From Nemertoderma westbladi (lineage: Eukaryota > Animalia > Xenacoelomorpha), in assembly GCA_032718475.1 (NCBI GenBank), contig JAUCBJ010009106.1, forward strand, positions 1 to 64,000: DNA of 64,000 bases, read 5' to 3'. This document shows, piece by piece, positions 39,943 to 53,220 of this stretch (its first letter is position 1; each line of letters opens with the position of its first letter). The translations under genes were made by a program, and so were the position numbers. Below the pieces are notes generated by a model. It made no database searches and was not told the origin of the DNA. It saw only the letters and a list, made by a program, of their open reading frames with translations.

Positions 39943-40037
39943 TCAGGTGGGTCGGAGAATCGGATTGGATAGTGCAGCTTGGGGGAAGTTCATATGGTAG
40001 TTGTTTAAGGTAATGTAAGCAGCGCGAATAGTCTTAC
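39943..40037 (-). CDS. RBM39: RBM39 last coding exon (UHM C-terminus, KTIRAAYITLNNYHMNFP...RPT*)
   Basis: ttttccag acceptor, phase 1, TGA at 39943-39945; similar to human KMITAAYVPLPTYHNLFP. Confidence 0.9.
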
Positions 40038-40288
40038 CTGGAAAATAGAGACAATACAATTAATTATTATTAGCGATAAATTAATAGAATATATTGTATC
40101 GACGCACATTGCCAAAACAACAGACAAAGTCTAAAATAAGTATTACGAACTTCAGTTTTTTGGAATATTCCGTGATTTATCTGTAATGTGTCGTAAACAT
40201 ATTATTATAATCAAGAAATATAATTATAAAAATTAAACAAGATATAAAACTGCACCAGCTTCCCATCACCCATACAGTTAATAATGTT

Positions 40289-40670
40289 GCACCAGGGATG
40301 AACATCGGTCTGCGAGGTCATTGGCCCGGTGCACCAGGGATGAATATCGGTCTGCGAGGTCATTGGCCCGGTGCACCAGGGATGAATATCGGTCTGCGAG
40401 GTCATTGGCCCGGTGCACCAGGGATGAACATCGGTCTGCGAGGTCATTGCCCCGGTGCACCAGGGATGAATATCGGTCTGCGAGGTCATTGCCCCGGTGC
40501 ACCAGGGATGAACATCGGTCTGCGAGGTCATTGCCCCGGTGCACCAGGGATGAATATCGGTCTGCGAGGTCATTGCCCCGGTGCACCAGGGATGAATATC
40601 GGTCTGCGAGGTCATTGCCCCGGTGCACCAGGGATGAACATCGGTCTGCGAGGTCATTGCCCCGCAGACC
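40289..40670. repeat. 42-bp minisatellite (~9 copies) in the last RBM39 intron
   Basis: GCACCAGGGATGAAYATCGGTCTGCGAGGTCATTGSCCCGGT; array ends in a hairpin. Confidence 0.95.
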
Positions 40671-41032
40671 CGCACCATCGTGTATATTTGGATTATTTTT
40701 AATCAATATTTTTTTATGATTTAAAATTTATTTTAAAAAATTTTTACACAGTTGACTTTATTCTAACGCGGCCTTATAATAATATTGTAAAAAAAGTACA
40801 ACCAGACAATAATACCATAAACCCATAAACAGAATTCATAGTTAGTCAGTGACACGTAATATATTGAAACTAGTCTGGAATGTAATATCCTTCAGCGACT
40901 TAAAAAATAGTTCTAATGAAACAGATGTCAAAGTCTACCTAATAGTTCGCACTAAGTCTGGGGAGATACAATTGGTGATTATAAAATAGAATAGAATATA
41001 TAAGGATATAAGTTGTTAGACTCTATACTGAC

Positions 41033-41217
41033 CTCCGAAATAGCGACCGTTCAATGCAGCTACTATGCTAAGTGCGACACTCGGTGTAGGGGCCTTGCAG
41101 TAGACATTGCCTTCGGTAGAGTTTTTATCCACGTATATGTGTACCAGTCCGCCGTGGCTCACACATTCTTCTATGACGTCATTGGCGATCGCCTGATCCC
41201 AATTGGGTCCAGATTCC
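41033..41217 (-). CDS. RBM39: RBM39 exon (UHM/RRM3: WDQAIANDVIEEC...HIYVDKNS..GNVY...LNGRYFG)
   Basis: AG/GT boundaries, 185 nt, phases 2->1. Confidence 0.93.
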
Positions 41218-41709
41218 CTAATAATGTTCACAAAAATTAATATAAATCAATTAAACAATTAATCTATTTTGTCAATAAAGCAGTACTTTATGGCATTTTG
41301 CGCTCGAAGTGATCTTATTTAACGATCGAGCGTAAAGAGGGAGGTTAATGATATAACGATTATGGGAATGCAAGAAGTAGGTATACTACTTAATCTACTA
41401 AAGTTCTAGAATATAATTATTTTGTTTTATATTTGACGTTTAAGTTACAAGAATTACATACTAGCCAGTTAAAACAAATCATTTTTGAGTGTCATATAAT
41501 TTTGGAGCGCCACGCAATTAATACAGCGGGAGATACAATAAGTTGTACTTAAATGCATTACCCAAATAGAATGGAATGCAATTAAAGTTGGCGTATAATA
41601 AATATCAATATGACATGAAGGAAAAAAACTACGTATACAAAAAATAAATACAATAAAACGACATATCGCGTCGTCTACACGGTAACCATAGCAACATCAT
41701 CAAACTCAC

Positions 41710-41914
41710 TCGTTTGGGTCGAACATATTGCTGAGCATAAAACACTGCTGGGGGTCTGATCGCTGAGACTGTTGGAGTTGTTGGGGGTTGTCCCCGTAAG
41801 AGGTGATCCCACCAGCACCGCCCAGACCACCAGGACCTCCAGGCGTCAATGTCTGTTGGTTCTGGTTGGTAATCAATGCCTGCGCTGCCGCTGGAGGCAT
41901 CTCCATTCCTGTAC
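41710..41914 (-). CDS. RBM39: RBM39 exon (linker: TGMEMPPAAAQAL...QCFMLSNMFDP)
   Basis: AG/GT boundaries, 205 nt, phases 1->2. Confidence 0.93.
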
Positions 41915-42099
41915 CTAAATGGGCAAAAACATAAAGTTGTATGAATGACTAATGATGCAAAAACGGCGAGATAATACCTCGTTACGATCTTAAATTATAA
42001 AGTTAGAAAAAAGAGCAGGTTTCCGTGGCACGTTATTCTAACCAAAACAATAAATGAAAATTAATAACACAAAATCTTGGGACCTGAATTCGTAAGAGA

Positions 42100-44680
42100 G
42101 TCAACCTTTTCAGTATCCCTTTCAAGTTGATCTACATACAGTATGTTATGGCCGGTCGTCCACGACTACGCTTCCCATGAGTTGGTTGCCAGAGAAGTAG
42201 ATCTGGTATGACCTCGTCTTTACTTCGCCAGCAGTGCCCACTGAATCTTAATCAGCGTTCACGGAGGGTGGTTGATACAGGTGGTATTGTACCATAAAGC
42301 TCGGCATTTGTCATGTGTTGCCTCCAGCTGATGTTTAGGGCTGCCCTTAGTAGTCTTGTGTACCAACCATCAATTCGTTGTTCAAGTGATTTAGTCAGTG
42401 TCCAGGTCTCACCCCCGTATAAAAATACACTTTCCACTGTGGCTCGAAATAACTTAGTCAACAGGTGTCTGGAGAGATCTGATTTCCAGATGGTATCCAT
42501 TTTTGATAGAGCTACCCAAGCCTTTGCTTTCCTAACTTCTATGTCCTTTTTGCTACTCTCTATCCATGATCCAAGGTACTGGAAGTCGTCAACCTTCCTT
42601 AGTTGATTATTATAAATGGTTATCAAGCTTCCATCAACATTAAAGGTCATGAATTCGGTCTTTGTAGCATTTATATGCAATCCAACCGCCTTAGCAGCCC
42701 TCTCCACTTTATTTAGTAGAAGCTGTGCATCTGCTAGCGTATTAGGGAGCAGGGCGATGTCATCCGCAAAGTCGGTGTCTGTGACTGTAGTTGCCGGATA
42801 TCTACTACTTCAGCGTTCTTGAAGTGTGAATCCCAGATCTTCACCCTTTGTGGCCGTCCTCATTGCGTAATCCAGCACAATTACAAATAGTAATGGTGCT
42901 AATGTGTCACCTTGCAGTACGCCAGCCAGGATTGAGAAAAACTCAGTTTTACCATCTGGTGAGAGTACCTGCGCTTCTGTGTCACAATATAACAATCCAA
43001 TGCCAGCAACAATTACTTTTGGTATTCCATAAGCTCTTAGGATTTCAAGCATTTTACCTCTATGGATGGAGTCGAATGCCTTCTTGAAGTCCACAAAAGT
43101 CATGACTGCGGGGAGATTCTTTGACTTAATTCCTTCCATCAGTCTCCGTAGTGCAAGTATCTGAGCTATTGTTGATCTACTTGGTCGAAATCCGTTTTGG
43201 CTCTTACGCAGTAGTTTCTCTATGTGAGGCATAATCCTATATAGAATCATTTTATTGTATATTTTGGCAGCTACCACAAGCAGACAGATCCCACGATAGT
43301 TTGTTGGTATGCCGAGGTCTCCTTTCTTGGGGAGAGGCTTTATTAGTTGACCTTTAGTCCAAATTGGTGGTGGCTTTTCCCCTTTTAACATCCGGTTGCA
43401 AACATTCAATAATGGTCTGTTTAGCACTCCGGTTTTCCATACCTCCGCTGGGATTTCATCTAATCCACTCGCTTTATTATTGGACATGCTTTTAATGCTT
43501 CTTCGGAGTTCGGCAGGTGTGAAGTCCCCTGTTTCTATAGATAGTGTCTTGTCATATATTTTCCTTGTAGGGCTGACCTCGATGTTTGGTGGCTGCCCAA
43601 GCAAGTTGCTGAAGTGAATTTTCCACTTCCAAACACGTTCTTCAGGACTATCGGCTTTGAGGCGGCCCTTTGCACAACTTTTCCGACCAGATATCTCATT
43701 TACAGTTTGCCAGGTAAGTCTTGATTGTTGCTGTATGTGAGCAGTTGCAATTGCTTCAGTTTTATCCTGTATGTACTTTTCCTGGCTGATGTTGTAGGCC
43801 AATTTAAGATCGTCCTTAGCTTTCTCAACCTTGTTAATGTTTTCGGTTGTTGGTTGTTCGGTTTTAACTTTGTAGGCTATCTTAAGATCTTCTCTCTTAC
43901 AAGTAACCTCAGAGTTTTGCCATGGCACATACTGTTTTCGTTTCGGTTTCTGGGGGATATGACCCTTAGCTGATTCCTTGTGGGCTGTTATTATATTCTG
44001 GTATATTGAATTGGTGGATTGGTCTTCATCCATTGACTGAAGTGTTTCAAAGCGGTTTTGAACTTCTACTGTATAAGCATCATTTACAGCATTGTCAGTT
44101 CTGAGTTTCTCCCAGTCATATTTGATACTGGGTTTGCTGGCTCTCAAACTGAGTCTTATCTCTGCAGTCACAATTCTGTGGTCCGAACCAATTAGGTTGA
44201 ACGAGCTGTATGCCTCCCAGTTGATCATGCTGTTTCTCCACTTTTTGTTTATAAGGATGTAATTCAGTTGTGCTTTTGTTCCATTAGGGTATTGAAAGGT
44301 CCATAGCTTCCCCTTACTCTTTTCGAATGTGTTGTTTGTTGGTATCAATTCACATTCTTCACAAAAGTAAGTACCCATTTCTGTTAGAACTGGTGTTTTA
44401 GGTGTTACCCTTGATGTCTTCTGGGCCAATTTGGGCATTCAGGTCACCAGCAATGACTTTAACATTGTGTTTCGGAATGTCCTTTATAAGTCCAGTCAGT
44501 TCTTCATAAAACTTGACTGCTTGTTCTGGCTCTGAGGCATTGGTTGGACTGTAGCAACGTATAACTGTTGCCTTGGGATTCCCATCAAATGTTGCGATCA
44601 TAACCCTGGAATTTATAGATTCAATGTTGTTTAGGGTCTTAAGTGCAAATGGGCTTAGCAGAATTCCTACTCCACCAAAT
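42100..44680 (-). mobile_element. RTE-clade LINE copy B (partial APE plus RT), inactivated by stops and frameshifts, inside the RBM39 intron
   Basis: NYRGICLL, FVDFKKAFDSI, GVLQGDTLAP, DFADD, FQYLGS; in-frame TGA at 42810-42812. Confidence 0.9.
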
Positions 44681-44691
44681 ACTATACATTA

Positions 44692-45499
44692 CACCTTGTC
44701 CTGGAATATAGTGTCGTTATTCTGGTACATGGACCACCCCCCCCCCCCAAAAAAAAAAATTTTTTTACAAATCTTAATGAGATTGCATGAAATTTGAAAC
44801 AGAGTTAGTTTCATCTCCATCATCCTTAGTGGGTAAGTCAGAATTTTATTTTTGCTTTCAATCTTTAGTTACAAGCGTTTAAAAAAAGTGTATCCGTCGA
44901 TCTTGCACCAGTTACCGCACAGTTATTCTTCAACCTTATAGTGATTTGTAGATACTCGTGGAAAGCTGGACATGCAAGGATTCAAAATATGTAAAAATAT
45001 TTGAATTTGGTTGGGAAATAGCTGAGATAGGGGCATTTGAATGTTGCATGTATTTACTTGCGCTGCAGGCTATTTATTCCATTTAATAAATACACAATTT
45101 TCTAGAACATTTTGCTTATCTCATAAGTAGCTTGGCAACAATGCAATGCCTACATGATGATACTAGTATATGGATATTCCCACATAAGCAAAATGTTCTA
45201 GAACATTGTGTATTTATTAAATAGAATAAATTGCCATCAACGCAAGTAAATACATGCAACATTCAAATGCCCATATCTCAGCTATTTCCCAACCAAATTT
45301 AAATATTTTTACATATTTTGAATCCTTGCATGTCCCGATTTCCACTAGTACCAACAAATCACTGACTCACCCAGTAAGGAGGAGGGAGGTGAAACTAACT
45401 CTGTTTCAAATTTTATGCAATCTCATTAAGATTTGTACAAAAATTTGGGGGGGGGGGGGCAGGTACCTGAATAACGACACTATATTCCAGGACAAGGTG
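44692..45499. mobile_element. Foldback MITE, Tc1/mariner-type (TA target duplication)
   Basis: TA|CACCTTGTCCTGGAATATAGTGTCGTTATTC ... GAATAACGACACTATATTCCAGGACAAGGTG|TA; most of the element is palindromic; related fragment at ~63100-63245. Confidence 0.85.
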
Positions 45500-45765
45500 T
45501 ATGTGCATAGGCCTACTTAGTGTAATTTTATGGTAAATAATTTTTAAATACTGTAGATCAGTAGTTTTAAACAATTTTTTAAATGGCAGAAAGTCACCTA
45601 AAACTTTAACCTAAAAATGTATTTATTTTTAATCTGTACGGTGGCTGATTTTTATTTAGGCTATTGATTTTTTTTATTTTTAAGAATAATTTAAATTATT
45701 ACATTCTGTAATATTTTAGCGGCAGACTGGAGAACTGCAAAGTACCCCTACGCATATTATTTTCT

Positions 45766-48700
45766 AAACGATTAACACACTACGTGTGTGTACAAACGAT
45801 TAACACACTACGTGTGTGTACAAACGATTAACACATTACGTGTGTGTACAAACGATTAACACACTAGGTGTGTGTACAAACGATTAACACATTACGTGTG
45901 TGTACAAACGATTAACACATTACGTGTGTGTACAAACGATTAACACATTACGTGTGTGTACAAACGATTAACACATTACGTGTGTGTACAAACGATTAAC
46001 ACATTACGTGTGTGTACAAACGATTAACACATTACGTGTGTGTACAAACGATTAACACATTACGTGTGTGTACAAACGATTAACACATTACGTGTGTGTA
46101 CAAACGATTAACACATTACGTGTGTGTACAAACGATTAGCACACTACGTGTGTGTACAAACGATTAACACACTACGTGTGTGTACAAACGATTAACACAT
46201 TACGTGTGTGTACAAACGATTAACACATTACGTGTGTGTACAAACGATTAACACACTACGTGTGTGTACAAACGATTAACACACTACGTGTGTGTACAAA
46301 CGATTAACACACTAGGTGTGTGTACAAACGATTAACACATTACGTGTGTGTACAAACGATTAACACATTACGTGTGTGTACAAACGATTAACACATTACG
46401 TGTGTGTACAAACGATTAACACATTACGTGTGTGTACAAACGATTAACACATTACGTGTGTGTACAAACGATTAACACATTACGTGTGTGTACAAACGAT
46501 TAACACACTACGTGTGTGTACAAACGATTAACACACTACGTGTGTGTACAAACGATTAACACATTACGTGTGTGTACAAACGATTAACACATTACGTGTG
46601 TGTGTGTACAAACGATTAACACATTACGTGTGTGTACAAACGATTAACACATTACGTGTGTGTACAAACGATTAACACATTACGTGTGTGTACAAACGAT
46701 TAACACATTACGTGTGTGTACAAACGATTAACACACTACGTGTGTGTACAAACGATTAACATATTACGTGTGTGTACAAACGATTAACACATTACGTGTG
46801 TGTACAAACGATTAACACATTACGTGTGTGTGTGTACAAACGATTAACACATTACGTGTGTGTACAAACGATTAACACATTACGTGTGTGTACAAACGAT
46901 TAACACATTACGTGTGTGTACAAACGAGTAACACATTATGTGTGTGTACAAACGATTAACACATTACGTGTGTGTACAAACGATTAACACATTACGTGTG
47001 TGTACAAACGAGTAACACATTACGTGTGTGTACAAACGATTAACACATTACGTGTGTGTACAAACGATTAACACATTACGTGTGTGTGTGTACAAACGAT
47101 TAACACATTACGTGTGTGTACAAACGATTAACACATTACGTGTGTGTACAAACGATTAACACATTACGTGTGTGTACAAACGATTAACACATTACGTGTG
47201 TGTACAAACGATTAACACATTACGTGTGTGTACAAACGATTAACACACTACGTGTGTGTACAAACGATTAACACATTACGTGTGTGTACAAACGATTAAC
47301 ACATTACGTGTGTGTACAAACGATTAACACATTACGTGTGTGTACAAACGATTAACACACTACGTGTGTGTACAAACGATTAACACATTACGTGTGTGTA
47401 CAAACGATTAACATATTACGTGTGTGTACAAACGATTAACACATTACGTGTGTGTACAAACGATTAACACATTACGTGTGTGTGTGTACAAACGATTAAC
47501 ACATTACGTGTGTGTACAAACGATTAACACATTACGTGTGTGTACAAACGATTAACACATTACGTGTGTGTACAAACGAGTAACACATTATGTGTGTGTA
47601 CAAACGATTAACACATTACGTGTGTGTAAAAACGATTAACACATTACGTGTGTGTACAAACGAGTAACACATTACGTGTGTGTACAAACGATTAACACAT
47701 TACGTGTGTGTACAAACGATTAACACATTACGTGTGTGTGTGTACAAACGATTAACACATTACGTGTGTGTACAAACGATTAACACATTACGTGTGTGTA
47801 CAAACGATTAACACATTACGTGTGTGTACAAACGATTAACACATTACGTGTGTGTACAAACGATTAACACATTACGTGTGTGTACAAACGATTAACACAC
47901 TACGTGTGTGTACAAACGATTAACACATTACGTGTGTGTACAAACGATTAACACATTACGTGTGTGTACAAACGATTAACACATTACGTGTGTGTACAAA
48001 CGATTAACACACTACGTGTGTGTACAAACGATTAACACATTACGTGTGTGTACAAACGATTAACACATTACGTGTGTGTGTGTACAAACGATTAACACAT
48101 TACGTGTGTGTGTGTACAAACGATTAACACATTACGTGTGTGTACAAACGATTAACACATTACGTGTGTGTGTGTACAAACGATTAACACATTACGTGTG
48201 TGTGTGTACAAACGATTAACACATTACGTGTGTGTGTGTACAAACGATTAACACATTACGTGTGTGTACAAACGATTAACACATTACGTGTGTGTGTGTA
48301 CAAACGATTAACACATTACGTGTGTGTGTGTACAAACGATTAACACATTACGTGTGTGTGTGTACAAACGATTAACACATTACGTGTGTGTACAAACGAT
48401 TAACACATTACGTGTGTGTGTGTACAAACGATTAACACATTACGTGTGTGTACAAACGATTAACACATTACGTGTGTGTACAAACGAGTAACACATTATG
48501 TGTGTGTGTGTACAAACGATTAACACATTACGTGTGTGTACAAACGATTAACACATTACGTGTGTGTACAAACGATTAACACATTACGTGTGTGTACAAA
48601 CGATTAACACATTACGTGTGTGTACAAACGATTAACACATTACGTGTGTGTACAAACGATTAACACATTACGTGTGTGTACAAACGATTAACACATTACG

Positions 48701-49915
48701 TGTGTGTACAAACGATTAACACATTACGTGTGTGTACAAACGATTAACACATTACGTGTGTGTACAAACGATTAACACATTACGTGTGTGTACAAACGAT
48801 TAACACATTACGTGTGTGTACAAACGATTAACACATTACGTGTGTGTACAAACGATTAACACATTACGTGTGTGTACAAACGAGTAACACATTATGTGTG
48901 TGTACAAACGATTAACACATTACGTGTGTGTACAAACGATTAACACATTACGTGTGTGTGTGTACAAACGATTAACACATTACGTGTGTGTACAAACGAT
49001 TAACACATTACGTGTGTGTACAAACGATTAACACATTACGTGTGTGTACAAACGATTAACACATTACGTGTGTGTACAAACGATTAACACATTACGTGTG
49101 TGTACAAACGATTAACACATTACGTGTGTGTACAAACGATTAACACATTACGTGTGTGTGTGTACAAACGATTAACACATTACGTGTGTGTACAAACGAT
49201 TAACACATTACGTGTGTATACAAACGATTAACACATTACGTGTGTGTACAAACGAGTAACACATTACGTGTGTGTACAAACGATTAACACATTACGTGTG
49301 TGTGTGTGTACAAACGAGTAACACATTACGTGTGTGTACAAACGATTAACACATTACGTGTGTGTACAAACGATTAACACATTACGTGTGTGTGTGTACA
49401 AACGAGTAACACATTGCGTGTGAGTACAAACGATTAACACATTACGTGTGTGTACAAACGATTAACATATTACGTGTGTGTACAAACGATTAACACATTA
49501 CGTGTGTGTGTGTACAAACGATTAACACATTACGTGTGTGTGTGTACAAACGATTAACACATTACGTGTGTGTACAAACGATTAACACATTACGTGTGTG
49601 TGTGTACAAACGATTAACACATTACGTGTGTGTGTGTACAAACGATTAACACATTACGTGTGTGTGTGTACAAACGATTAACACATTACGTGTGTGTACA
49701 AACGATTAACACATTACGTGTGTGTACAAACGATTAACACACTACGTGTGTGTACAAACGATTAACACACTACGTGTGTGTACAAACGATTAACACATTA
49801 CGTGTGTGTACAAACGATTAACACATTACGTGTGTGTACAAACGATTAACACATTACGTGTGTGTACACATTACGTGTGTATACAAACGATTAACACATT
49901 ACGTGTGTGTACAAA
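45766..49915. repeat. 28-bp satellite (AAACGATTAACACATTACGTGTGTGTAC)n with +GTGT variants, ~4.1 kb, intronic
   Basis: Direct reading. Confidence 0.98.
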
Positions 49916-51472
49916 GGTTGGTTACATTTAAAACGATGATTGACCGAGTTATTAACGTTCAACTATTCGGCAGTACAGAAATATTAAGGCTCAACTTACT
50001 TTGTGGCTCACCCCACAGTAATATATGTCCAACAGCTGTAGTTGTGGCAGTCTGTAGTTCAGATAAAGAAAGCTAATACTGTAATAATCTACAAATTACA
50101 AAAACACGTACAGTACTACTTACCGGTACGTTACAGTTTTGCACATTACGGTACAACATGTAACAGGTATGTATACCTGTTGCCTGTTGTACCGTACCTG
50201 TAGGTATACCTGTTGCCTGGTATAACTATGATATGTTGTATACAGTACAAAAATATTGCATAACCTACAACACACCATCAACCCTACAACACTATAACTA
50301 CTAAACTAAAATATTGCACAGTACATAATACTTCCCTATATAGTACGCTTGGAATATATGTAGGCCTACTCATAATTATAAACGTCGTATACGCATGGTT
50401 AAGGATAGAACCTACGCGTAGTTATGTGAAGCACCTACGCGTAGTTATGCGAAACATATATGTGTAGTTTGCGTAGGACGACTAGGACCTATGCGTAGTT
50501 CATGTTAGAACTCTGAACTGGTGATATGTGTCGAACTACGCGTAGGTTGAAAATATTTACACGAACTGCGGTCTGCCTCAGAATTGTTTGCTGTATAATA
50601 TCCTACTGCGCTATACTGGTTGCTGGTTGAGGTTGATGCTGGATGCTGAGTACCGGTGCTGACAGACTGACTCGGCAACACATGGTAGGTATGCAGCAGT
50701 GTATGGCAGTACAGCAGTACCAGTAGCATGGCCATGCCAGTAGTAGTTCAGGTCCGTTATCCCTACCGCTGTACCGGTAGGCCTACTGCTGTACCGCGGT
50801 ATTGATTTTGTTTGTGGTAGGTAATACTGTCTGACTGTAATAGGTATATCCAGATATCTTAGTATCTGAATATACCTGTATCTGTGTATACCGTTACTTC
50901 AGTAGGCCTACTTTACTACCGGCAACCTCTGGGTACCATATTATAAAATACTTGGCTTGTTTCGTTGGCTGCATACCACTGTATCTGTACCATGCATTTA
51001 ATAACTGAATAATAATAACTGACAGACTGAATAATGCAGTCTGTGGTCTGCTTCATACTGTCATACGTGTCACACACACACAGACACACACTGTCATACG
51101 GTTAGTTAAGCACCATTTTAGGCCCTATTTCATAATTTGTTTGAGTACAGGACAGCAGGAGTAATGAGCTGATGAGTAGAGTCTGAGAGTACAGGCAGAC
51201 AGGAGTATCCTACCTGTCTGCCTGTACGCGTAGCGTACGCTGTACACTGTAGGCCCTATCAACTGACCAATATTTTCTGCACATCCTGACATCTGTTACC
51301 AGGTAGTGAAGTAACCTAACCTATGGCTGTATGGCAGGCCTACCGGTCAGCCGGTAGTTGGAATTTGAGCTGATCGTCTGATCAAGCTTTAAAATGTACG
51401 GCGCGTACTTGATAAATGCGCTAGCCGTACCGGAATTAATTACTGGTACCTATACAGCTATAGGGCCTATGC

Positions 51473-52239
51473 CAGGGATGGCAAAAACCATGGTTTTTTG
51501 AAAAAAAATTTAAGGTTTTGGTTTTATTGTTTGGTTTTTTATGGTTTTTTTCGGTTTTTTATGGTTTTTTATGGTTTTTCTGTGGTTTAATTAAATCCAA
51601 TACCTGAATACAGCAATACATACAAATGTAGGGCCTACCCTACATACAACAGTCTGACAGTTGACAGTACAGCAGTACAACCCTTGCGCTTGCCCAATAG
51701 AACAATTTTTTTTGTTAACATTGAACAAACTTTTCATTAACATTGCAAAATGAACAGATGAAAAAGTCAAAACTCAAAGTGAGAGAAATTTGTCCATTCT
51801 AACAGCTGAAGCTGAACAGTGCAAAATGATAAGATAAAGAAACGCAAGCAAAACTCAAAGTGAGCGAAATTTTTTCCTTCTAACAGTGCAAAATGAAAAA
51901 GAAACGAGAGCAAAAACTCAAAGTGAGTGAAATTTTTTCATTCTACATAGGCCCTATCCCCTATGTAACATCTGAACATGGCAAAATGAAAAAAAACGCG
52001 AGCAAAACTCAAAGTGTTCGAAATTTTCTCATTCTAACAGCAGAACAGTGCAATAAAAAAAAGAAACGCGACTACCAGTCTGCTTTATATTATTTAGGCC
52101 TACAGCGTTAATTGTAAAATTTTATGAAAAACCATAAAAAACCATAAAAAACCAATTTTTTCGCCTTTTTTTAAAAGTTGGTTAAACCAAAAAACCATAA
52201 AAAACCAATGGTGAGAAAAACCATTGGTTGCCAACCCTG
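51473..52239. mobile_element. Non-autonomous hAT element (MITE)
   Basis: TIRs CAGGGATGGCAA / TTGCCAACCCTG; perfect 8-bp TSD GCCTATGC (51465-51472, 52240-52247). Confidence 0.9.
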
Positions 52240-53220
52240 GCCTATGCAGATAAAGCATATGGCGCAAATTTTTTTGCTGTACCGGTCTGCCGGCAGGCCT
52301 ACACCTGCACAATCAGACAAGAACGGATAAATAAATAAAATATGAAAATAAACGCAACTCTTGCTGTCTTGACGCAAGGCCTTTGTCCATAGTCTGATAG
52401 TCCATGTATGTCTATGGTCTATGTCTGTATGTCGCTAATTGTAAAAGGCCCGTCCTTCACAACCGGCACGCATTCAGCAGACAATTGATCCCAGATTTTA
52501 CATAGACACAGAGCAGCAGAGACATTCTTGGAATTGGAATCGATAGCCTAAAGCTTAAAAAACCGTAAGTGGTTTATAATGCAGCATCATACAGTCATAG
52601 CAGCATAGGGTAATCGACGAACTATGAAAAACGCATTTTAAGTGGTTTTACCACAAGCAAAGGGCTGATGGGGGGTAGGGCCTCTAGAGGAATCAACAAA
52701 TTGTGAACCGGACCGGTAAGTGCTGAAGTGGTTTACCACGGCACACCGGACAGGCATAGGGAGAAACCAACTAGGCAACTACCCGTACCCACCGTATGCC
52801 GCAAATGTGAAATTACCTTGTTTCCGAATCCTACATTGGTGTTCCTGTAATAAGACGGCACTAGTGTCAAATAGGGGACCCTCCTAATCGAAGTAATCTG
52901 CTAACTGAAATCACCTGCTAATCCTGATATTTACCAAGGTGATAACAATATTCCTAACTCTCGTTTATTGTTTTGGTTCCTTTCAACTCGCATCCCCTAT
53001 TTGACACAAATTCCAATAAGACATTGTCAATGTCAGACTGTAGGCTATTCTGGAACATGTTGTATATTTGTGTTGTCAGGCTTAAGGGCGAAGGTTGCAG
53101 CCAACCTTTACCTGTACTTATTTAGGTTACCGGTACCTACTATTATGCTTGCCATTCAAAACATTCTTTATTTTTCTATAAACATGATTGTAGTTTAACA
53201 TAATATATTTTATAATTATC

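Noticed and set aside
40030-40045. cag|GTAAGA recursive-splice-like site at the last RBM39 exon
   Set aside because: Explained by conserved Gly-Lys codons; no downstream exon to use it.
40211-40719. Collagen-like PGAPG repeat ORFs
   Set aside because: 42-bp intronic minisatellite open in several frames; not continuous Gly-X-Y.
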